A stretch of 64,000 nucleotides of DNA from the human T2T-CHM13v2.0 reference genome, Homo sapiens. The notes beneath the pieces were generated by a model. It did no database searches and was not told the DNA's origin. It saw nothing but the letters and a program-made list of their open reading frames with translations. Below, piece by piece: positions 54,820-64,000 of this stretch. The stretch lies in assembly GCF_009914755.1 (NCBI RefSeq), contig NC_060935.1; one strand, given 5' to 3'. A program made the position numbers and the translations under genes. Position 1 is the stretch's first letter; the number at the start of each line of letters is the position of its first letter.

Positions 54820-55960
54820 GGTCAAGGACTGCGCCCTCTCAGATTCTTTCGAGGAAACCCTTTGGGACGAACTGCCCCCAGGGGGCGACTTTCTGACCGA
54901 AGGAAGGGCCGAGCACCGGTGCCTGGGGAGGCCCTGGGAGCTTTTGGAGCCGGGTGGGGGCTTTGGGCCCTAAGCGACCCCACTGGACCTCCCCAGTTCG
55001 AGGGAGCCGATCAGCCGCTCCGCGCCCGCTCTCGCCGGCGCTCAGCACCACGGACAGTCGCCTCCCCGCCCACCCCGGAACTCCAGCTTCCACTCGCGCC
55101 CCTGCCTCGCTCGTTTGCGCCCAGGGTAAGCTCAGCTCGGAAGGGAGTCGCACTGCTGGCCTAGCAGCCAGGCTGTGGAAGGGTCCAGGTTGATTCACCT
55201 CTCGCCTCCCCAGGATCGGTTGCGTTCCGACTGGAATCCTCCCAGCCCCGCGGCTCCTGCTTCGTCCGCCCTAACTGCTTCTCCAGCTGGGCGTGACCCC
55301 ACTCCCGAAGCCGCCGGGGCCGCCCGTCTGGGCTACAGAATGCGTTCCACGTCGGTCCCGTCCACGCCCGCCCTCGGCTCCCTGGGGAGGTGCAGCGGGG
55401 CCGGGAAGGAAGCGGCAGCTCCCGTTCGGCCGGCGATGTCAGAGGTTGGGGGGTGGGTGTAGAGGCGGAGCCCCTTCCCGGGAGCTCGCCCCCGGATGGT
55501 GCGGGGCCCCGACCCTGGGTGGCAGGTGATCAGCAACCCTTCTCTAGGCCCCCAGGCCGTGTGTGCTGTCAGCCCTGACATGCGCAGGCGGCTCTCCGCC
55601 ACCACCACCGCCCCGGACCCTCCCCCTAGTGCACACTCCCCACCCCCTGATGGGCGTGCCCCTCCCAGGGCCCAGCGCCGCGCCGAGCGGGGGCGGAGCC
55701 GGGAGCGGCGCAGACACTTCCAGCCGGGATATCTTTGCTCGCGCGCTCGCTGGTCTCTCCAGGTCTCCCTCTCGCGCCTCCGCACCTCCCCCGAGCTCGG
55801 GCGCACCGCCGCCCTCGGCTCACGCCCTCCAGGCAAACCCACTCCGCTCCCGCACGGACTTGCCGGGTGTAGCTCCGGGAAGAGAAGGGCCAGAGCTCTT
55901 TCAGGCAATGATGTCATCTGCAAGGCGCGCCGTACGCGGTTCCTGGCTTCGCCTCCCAGA
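54820..55960. promoter_or_regulatory. SCN3B: CpG island: SCN3B promoter and 5'UTR region
   Basis: Abrupt rise in GC and CpG density; GC boxes (gggcggag about 55691), NRF1-like tgcgcaggcg (55581), CRE-like TGATGTCA (55909-55916); candidate non-coding exon 1 donor AG|gtgaat at 55199. Confidence 0.85.
55041..55061 (+). promoter_or_regulatory. RE1/NRSE (REST binding site) CTCAGCACCACGGACAGTCGC
   Basis: Exact match to both half-sites TCAGCACC and GGACAG with the canonical 2-nt spacer (consensus TTCAGCACCACGGACAGCGCC). Confidence 0.9.
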
Positions 55961-56736
55961 CCCCATGCCTTCCAGTTCTCGCTGTCTATCCTTTGTCTAG
56001 CCTTGATTAATTGGCCCCGGACACAGCAAACTCAGCAAGATAATCCCTGTTTAGGGCAAATGGGGTAGGGATGAGGCGCACCTGTTCCTGTCTTCACCTC
56101 ATCACTCAGTGAGGTGATCCAAATGTCAGCGCAAGGGGAGGGGGGCCCAAGAGGACTCCTCTTCCCTTCCCCAGGTTCTTTGCAGTTCTCCCTTTTCCTT
56201 TAATTACTCCTTTTTAATAAAGCAGATAGATTGTGTTTGGCGTCTTCCAACTATTAGCCACTCCCTAGTCCTAGCAGCTGTTTGAGTGCCCCCGCCCCAT
56301 CTCTGGAAGGGAAACCTGAAACTTTACATTCAACTATAAACTCAAATTGACATAACAGATTAGGAACGCCTGGAACTGAAGTAAAAGAGTAATCCAAGAG
56401 CCCTTCTTCAGCTTCCTTTTTCTCCTCTTCTGCTCTTTCCAAAAGGGGAAGCTTAACGCTGATATTCCAAAATGGAATAACAGAGCAACAGCTGACGGTG
56501 AGTGGACCAGAAGCAGGAAATGCTCCCTCCTGACATCTCACAGAGTAACAGAATGTCCCCAGTCGGATCTTCCTGGGCAGGGAGCCACCAGGCCATAAAC
56601 TCTGTGCTGTTTGGAGGACTAGGCCTTGAAGCATGTATACTGTGTTAAATTTGGATGGGAAGTTAAAGTTGACCTAATTCAACCGCTTTTCCAATTTGTG
56701 ACTTCCCCCAAGAACATTTCGGACGAATGGACTTGA

Positions 56737-57069
<333 letters not shown>

Positions 57070-57849
57070 TTGATCTTTTTAGTGATGAGAACTTTCTACA
57101 TCACAAGTTCACCTCTTCTGATGCTTAAGGAAGTTCTTTATGTTCAGTTGAATTCCGTACACTCCTCCTCCCCCTCCAAACTCCATTAAGTGGCCCTAAT
57201 GCTGTTTTCTCTTTAAAAGAGCTATGCTTCCTCACATCCGCCCTAAGACATTTTTGTTTGTGGCTACTCTTCCTTAGTTTCTTCCAATGTATTTTCTAGT
57301 AGTTTCCAATCCTGTACCACCCTGGCTGCTTTTTCAGAAGGATTTTCAGTTTCTCAGCATGATTCTCCAAGTGACGTCCAGAACAGGAACTGATGGTCCC
57401 TGTGTGGTCTGACCAGCATAAATCCAGTGGAATTATGGCTACATTTGCTTTGAAGGATATAACTAGTTAAATACATTTACAGCCACATCTTAGTCATAAT
57501 CAGCTTATGTTCAATTAAAATCCCTGAGTATTCTTCACTTGACTTGTTGCAGAGTCATTGTGTCTTGTACAGGCAATTTTGGAAATTTTATTATGAAACT
57601 TTGCACTTATTGCTGTTAAAATTTATTAGTTTCAACCAGTTATCACACTGTGTTAATACTTTTATTGAATTCAGATTCAATCACCCAATATATCTCTCTT
57701 CTTTACCCTTGTTTCATCTCTAGGCTTGACAATCACATGATCCACACATGGATATTTAAAAAAAGAACCAATAGAAAAAAAGAAGAGATAGTCCTATGGC
57801 CTGCTTCTAAAGACCTCATTCTACCTTGACAATGAGCTACTAATTAACA

Positions 57850-58156
57850 TTTTTGTTTGTTTGTTTGTTTTTTGAGACGGAGTTTCACTCTTGTTGCCCA
57901 CGCTGGAGTGCAGTAGTGTGACCTCGGCTCGCTGAAACCTCCACCTCCCAGGTTCAAGCAATCATTCCGCCTCAGCCTCCCAAGTAGCTGGGATTACAGG
58001 TGCCCACTACCACACCCAGCTAATTTTTGAATTTTTAGTAGAGAGGGGGTTTCACCGTGTTGGCCAGGCTGATCTCAAACTCCTGACCTCAGGTGATCTG
58101 CCCGCCTTGGCCTCCCAAAGCACTGGGATTACAGGCATGAGCCACTGCACCTGGCC
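57850..58156 (-). mobile_element. AluS element
   Basis: Antisense Alu with (TTTG)n tail. Confidence 0.93.
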
Positions 58157-59069
58157 TAATTAAAATTCTTTAGAACAGTTGCTCAATCATAAAACCCAAA
58201 CATAGCTCCCTATTTTTTATATGTACAGCATGAGACATTCTGAAAATTTAGAATAAAAGGAATCTGTGAGAGGAATTAGACATCTAGTCATCCACAGGAA
58301 AGAAATAGGATCAATGGCTTACACTAACACAAAAACAGATTTTCAGCAATATATTTCAAACCTTTCCAAAGTAGGACAAATTACCTTTCGTTACATCCAA
58401 GCAGTTGTTATCCAAACAACTGCTGGGATGTTTAGGAAGGAAAACCTGTAAAGGTTAGAAATTTGGAATAGATTATGTTAAAGTTCCTATCGTCTTTGAG
58501 GTTCTATGACTTTATTGAAAGCCTTACCAAGACTGAAATACACAGACAGACTGAAATATTTTCAGTCTGATAATTTTATCAACTACCACAGCAGGAATTG
58601 GCTCAGCTTTACAAAATTTTTCTTATGTCTATTCATGTGAATTGCTAATATTCATAATGTTGTTTTCTAATTGTTTATCAACCCCATTGTAAATAGTCAC
58701 TGTCAGGATTTCACCTCTATTTTTCATATACCACTTCTTCCCTCTCCTGTATTGAAAATAGGAGCATTTAGTCTTTTCATTCTCCTGCTGTTTCCCTTGA
58801 TTTTTGGCTGTCACTCTCAGTCACTTTTGCAAGTACCTTAAGTTCCCTGAAGTACTCTTGGCCTTGTTCTGAGAGTTTTAAAATCATTTGAATTAAGCTC
58901 TCCCTTCCTCTTTTCTGCCATTTTGGCTTCAATCCTTTCTCATTGTTGTTGGCTTGGCCTCCCAATTTAATAATCATTCTCCCTTCACAGTTAATGGGTG
59001 AAACCATATGCTCTATTCTCCAAAGAGTAGACAGAACAGTCTTTGTATTCTAAAAGATGGGAACTTCTC

Positions 59070-59672
59070 TTGCTTAAAGCCCTTCCATGGCATCTCACTA
59101 CACTGAAATAAAATCTAGACTTGTCACCATGGCCTAATGTTGGCCTTGTGCCCTGGCTATCTCTCCACACTCATTTCTACCACTCTCTGTCTTGTCCACC
59201 ATGTTCCAATTACACTTAATTTTAAAGAAATGTACCTCATAGTTATCAAACTCTTCCCCACTATTAATATTTCCCATCATTATTATTATAGCCTTAGCAT
59301 TTGATGTCCCCTCTTCCTGGAACATTCTTCATTCTATGGCTGGTTTCTTGTCATTTTGGTCTTGCCTCAAATGACTTCACCCTAGAGTGACATTCCCTGG
59401 TCACTCTAAGCTTGTTTCCTGCTACCTTCCTCACCTGAAGCTACTCTCTATCTCATCACCCTGTTTCTTGTTCTTCATATCTTCTCTCACTATCCAAAAT
59501 TATCTTATTTTTAATATATGTACTTGCTTATTTTCTGTTCCTCCCATCAGGCTGGTTCTCCTTGGTGATAGATAGCAGCCTTGTTTGTTCTGTCTACTGC
59601 TGCCGTCCTGCACCTAGATCAGTGCCAAGCAGATATTAGGTCCTCTTCACAGAGGACACAAGTGAATGAATA
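59070..59672 (+). mobile_element. LINE-2 3' fragment
   Basis: ttgcttaaagcccttccatggc...cctggaacattc...agtgaatgaata. Confidence 0.55.
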
Positions 59673-60959
59673 CACAAGGGAGTGAGAATAGTGTGGAAAC
59701 AGTGAAGAGCTGAGGCCAGAATCAATAGGGGAACAGAAAACCAAGAGTCAGAGAAATAGGAAGAGACCCAGCAAGGTGCAATGCCATGGCAGGCCAGGGA
59801 AAAGAGGGTCTTTAGACTTAAGGACACTTCTCCTTTGAGGGGACTTTAGCTAATTATGCTCAGAGATTGAGGAAGAGGATGGAGTACAGAGCCTAGATAT
59901 TCAGGGATCTTGAGGTGGAGGGAATGACATGACTCTGCTGAAGAAAGAATTGAATGGGAGCTATTCAGGGAGATGTTAGTTTTCTTGTGGAATGAAACAC
60001 ATTCACTGAGACTACTGGGGAGGAATTAGAGACAGGAGCAGTGGAAGTGACATTGTAAGTAAAGATAAGGTGTGGGACCTTAAGAGACACACAATGATCT
60101 TGGTAAAGTAGGAAGCCACATTTTCCATTGAGTGTAGGTGGTAGGGAGGTACAGGAGAACCCAGGACAAGGGAGACAGTCTGAATAACTGAGGGCACCTT
60201 CTTAAAGCATAGAAAAATGTCAAGAAAAGCTTTTCAAGATCAACATGTACCTGAACTCAGTCAAGATGCAAAAATCAGAGCCCAACCTAGGAAAGTCAAG
60301 TAACCTGCTTTTGCTATTCGAAGTGGATTTTGAAAAATAGTGCACACCCCATGGGACAAGGAAAGGGAAGAAATATGTTCATTTTAAACTGTGGCCAAAG
60401 AACACATATGGGACTGAGAGATATCAGGCTCTTCCAAATCATTCCCTCATCCTGCCAGCCAGCTGTGTGATGTTGTCACCAGGCAAGGGAAGTTTGGGAT
60501 TAGAATAGGAAGCAGTGACATGATGATTAGATTATGCAATTCCTTCCTGGATTTGCAAATGGCACAGAACCTGGCAGGTAAGATGGGGCCAAAAAATGTT
60601 TGTTGAAATGAATTGGATGTCACCTGACTGATTGTGGAAGCCAACGCTTTCCTGACATCCAGAAGAGCCCTGCCCACCTCCATAACACCCTGTGCACAAA
60701 AGAAATGCCATCTGCTCTTGACCAATCTCTAGAAAGTCCATGGTTCTGCCTCAGCCAGAGCACTATTTATGTTTAGTTTTGATCACCCAAACGTGTAAAT
60801 GGAAATAAAGAAAATATTATCAGTGATAAAGTACTTTATGCTACCCAGAAGCAAAGTTATAATATATTTCAAGTATTGTTATTAGCATGGCATAATTTTT
60901 TAATGCATTTCTGGCATGCATATGGCTGAAGCTCTTAGGATAGGCAGAAAGAAAAGATG

Positions 60960-61320
60960 TGTATTGTTTAATTTTTCACACTGCTATAAAGAACTGGCTG
61001 AAACTGGATGATTTATAAAGAAAAGAAGTCTAATTGACTCACAGTTCTGCATGGCTGGAGAGGCCTCAGGAAACTTACAATTATGGCAGAAGGCAAAGAG
61101 GAAGCAAGGCACGTCTTACATTGTGGCAGGAAGTGGGGTGGGGAACCACCACACACTTTTAAACCATCAGATTGTGTGAGAACTCACTCACTATCACGAG
61201 AACAGGGTGGAGGAAACTGCCCCCGTGATAAAATCACCTCCTACTAGGTCCCTCCCTTGACATGTGGGGATTACAATTTGAGATGAGATTTGGGTGGGGA
61301 CACCAAAACAAATCATATCA
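60960..61320 (-). mobile_element. MaLR solo LTR (MSTA/THE1D-like)
   Basis: tgtatt...catatca termini, 361 nt, perfect 5-bp TSD AGATG (60955-60959 / 61321-61325). Confidence 0.9.
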
Positions 61321-62402
61321 AGATGTCTTGTAGAAATAAGCACAGTCATTATCTTTGGTGCTGATCAAAGTCCTGTTGTTGTTCCGAAGTTTTGGGCAAC
61401 AGCAACATTGAGCCCTGATTGACTCAATGTTTATAAGCAATATTATTGAAGAAGAAAATGAAACCACAAAATGAGGGCCAGGTGGTAGACAGGAGGCCTG
61501 TGTCCCATGCTTAGTGCTGCTCTGAGATAGTATAGTATTGACCTTTTCACCTAATCTCTCTGAACAAATTCTCTCTCTAATTGTCTGCCTCCCAGAGTTG
61601 CTGGAAGCACAAGGGAGATAATACGAGTGTGTCTTGGATTTTGTCAAGTCCTATAAACCAAGAAGTGTTCAGTTCCTATTTAGATAATTTTTGAAAATCC
61701 TTACAGAGATAGGTTCAGCTGTTAACTTCAGCATAATGGGAAATAATCAGCTTTCATAATCTATCATTTATCTGTTATCATTTTCATCATTATCATTATA
61801 TTTAAGGGCATGCATTGGCCCCAGAACAATGATATGCATATATTATTGATAAATTGATAAATTTATTTAATCATTCTAACAATTTTAAAAAGTAGGCACT
61901 ATTAGAATTCTCCTTTTTTTTTTTTTTTTGAGGGAATAAATACAAGAGAAGTTAAATGACTTAGTTACTCAAGTGCATGGGCAGAACCATAATTGAAACC
62001 CGATTTTTTGTCTCCAAAAGCCTTAAGATCTTAATATCTTTCTTTAAGATCTTCATCATTGAAAGACACTTCCATGTGCACATCAGCCAGGAAGTTAACG
62101 ACTTGTCGTATGTTGTGCAGTTCTCAAATGAGTGTGCTGTGTGTATTTATGTGTGAGAAAAAGTAGGAATAATTCCTTTACTCATAAAACTTCTAGTATG
62201 GTGGGAAAGTATAAAATCTAAGAAAATAGACATGGGAAAATCCAATATGTTTTGTGTTCTTTCTTTCTTTTTCTTTAGTGCTTAAAATTTGGAGATCTCA
62301 CATGGATTAACATGAATGAAAACCTCTTAGTTGTTTTTCTGTTTTCTGTAAGCAACTGTTTAGCCTCATCTAATATAAAAGTTTTATTTTTAAGACACAC
62401 TA

Positions 62403-62765
62403 TGTATTAGTCTGTTTTCATGCTGCTGATAAAGACATATGTAAGGCTGGGCAATTTACAAAAGAAAGAGGTTTACTAGACTTACAGTTCCACATGGCTG
62501 GGGAGGTCTCACAATCATGGCAGAAGGCAAGGAGGAGCAAGTCATGTCTTACGTGTATGGCAGCAGCCAGAGAGCTTGTGCAGGGAAACTCCAATTTTAA
62601 AGCCATCAAATCTCGTGAGGCTCATTCACTATCACAAGATCAGCACAGGAAATACCCACCCCGATAATTCAATCACATCCAACTGGATTCCTCCCACAAC
62701 ACATGGGAATTGTGGGAGTTACAATTCAATAAGAGATTTGGGTGGGGACACAGAAAACCATATCA
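62403..62765 (-). mobile_element. THE1 (THE1B-like) LTR
   Basis: tgtattagtctgttttcatgctgctgataaagacata...ggggacacag...ccatatca. Confidence 0.9.
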
Positions 62766-64000
62766 TTCTGCCCCCTGGCCTCTCCCAAACCTCATGTCCT
62801 CACATTTCAAAACCAATCATGCCTTCCCAACAGTCCCCCAAACTCTTAACTCATTTCAGCATTAGCTGAAAAGTCCATAGTCCAAAGTCTCATTTGAGAC
62901 AAGGCAAGTCCCTTCTGCCTATGAGCCTGTAAAATCAAAAGCAAGTTAGTTACTTCCTAGATACAATGAGGGTAGAGGCATTGGGTAAATACAGCCATTC
63001 CAAATGGGAGAAACTGGCCAATACAAAGGGCTACAGGCCCTATGCAAGTCATAAATCCAGCAGGGCAGTCAAATCTTAAAGTTTCAAAATGACCTCCTTT
63101 GACTCCATGTCTTACATCCTGGTCACGCTGATGCAAGATGTAGGTACCCATGGTTTTGGGCAGCTCTGTCCCTGTGCCTTTGCAGGGTACAGCCTCCCTC
63201 CCAGCTGCTTTCATGGGCTGGCATTGTGTCTGTGGCTTCTGCAGGTGCACAGTGCAAGCTGTCAGTGGATCTACCATTCTGGGGTCTGGAGGATGGTGGC
63301 CTTGTCTTCCAGGACAGGTGGTGTCCCATTTCCTCTGCATGATGGTAGGAAGCACTCCTTACAATTTTCCCTTTCTAAGCATTTATTCCATGACTTAACC
63401 CACCACCACTACAACTGCCATCACTCAGATATACCAAAACTTGGGTAAATAATTATATTTCTTGTTTACATTGATCTTTTCCAAGCTCACATTTATTTCC
63501 ATTTCTACTATTGGAAGTGATTTGGGGCTGGGCACAGTGGCTCACGCATCCATCTGTGGTAGGGGACCATCTCAGGTGGATGGTCCCCTAGTAGGGACTC
63601 TGTGTGGGAGCTCTGACCCCACATTTCCCTTCTGCACTGCCCTAGCAGAGGTTCTCCATGAGAGCCCCACCCCTCCAACAAACTTCTTTCTGGACATCCA
63701 GGCATTTCCATATATCCTCTGAAATCTAGGTGGAGGTTCCCAAACCCCAGTTCTTGACTTCTGTGTACTTGCAGGCTCAACACCATGTGGAAGCTGCCAA
63801 GGCTTGGGGCTGGCACCCCATGAAGCCACAGCCTGAGCTCTACATCAGCCCCTTTCAGCCACAGCTAGAGCAGCTGGAACACAGGACACCAAGTCCCTAG
63901 GTTGCACACAGCATGGGACCCTGGACCTAGCCCATGAAACCACTTTTTCCTCCTAGGCCTCAGGCCCTTTGATGGGAGGGGCTGCCATGGAGACCTCTGA
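62766..64000 (-). mobile_element. THE1 internal sequence, interrupted at about 63311-63585 and running off the window
   Basis: ttctgcccc...ctcatgtcctcacatttcaaaaccaatcatgccttcccaacagtcccc...gtagggactctgtgtggg THE1-int motifs. Confidence 0.88.

Noticed and set aside
54181-56068. Several 120-214 aa ORFs on both strands around the SCN3B 5' end
   Set aside because: GC-rich CpG-island shadows or read-through of the signal-peptide exon into the intron; no protein-family features
62525-62550. p53-like half-sites (GAGCAAGTCA) in the THE1 LTR
   Set aside because: The partner decamer has several mismatches, and the motif appears to be generic THE1 sequence

Overview
Human/primate genomic DNA (Alu-, L1-, L2-, MIR- and MaLR-rich) containing two convergent, intron-containing genes that I recognise from their spliced translations. 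On the + strand is the 3' portion of GRAMD1B (Aster-B: end of the GRAM domain, VASt/StART-like domain, TM helix and luminal tail). It has 14 coding exons from 1438 to 23567, including a 12-nt microexon, and a ~5.2 kb 3'UTR. On the - strand is the complete SCN3B gene (Nav beta-3, 215 aa, 5 coding exons from 54774 to 35119) with a CpG-island promoter, a near-perfect RE1/NRSE site and an intronic p53 element. The first 422 nt are the 5' part of an SF3A3 processed pseudogene that the ORF track missed. Most other ORFs in the track are repeat- or composition-derived shadows. I see no evidence of a wholly new multi-gene system. The best leads are at isoform level: the TM-helix microexon with an SRRM3/4-type signature, the in-frame stop-free intron after it, and an intron-encoded signal-peptide-like alternative N-terminus. 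There is also a templated-insertion scar inside a THE1 element. Repeat subfamily calls are by eye and their boundaries are approximate.
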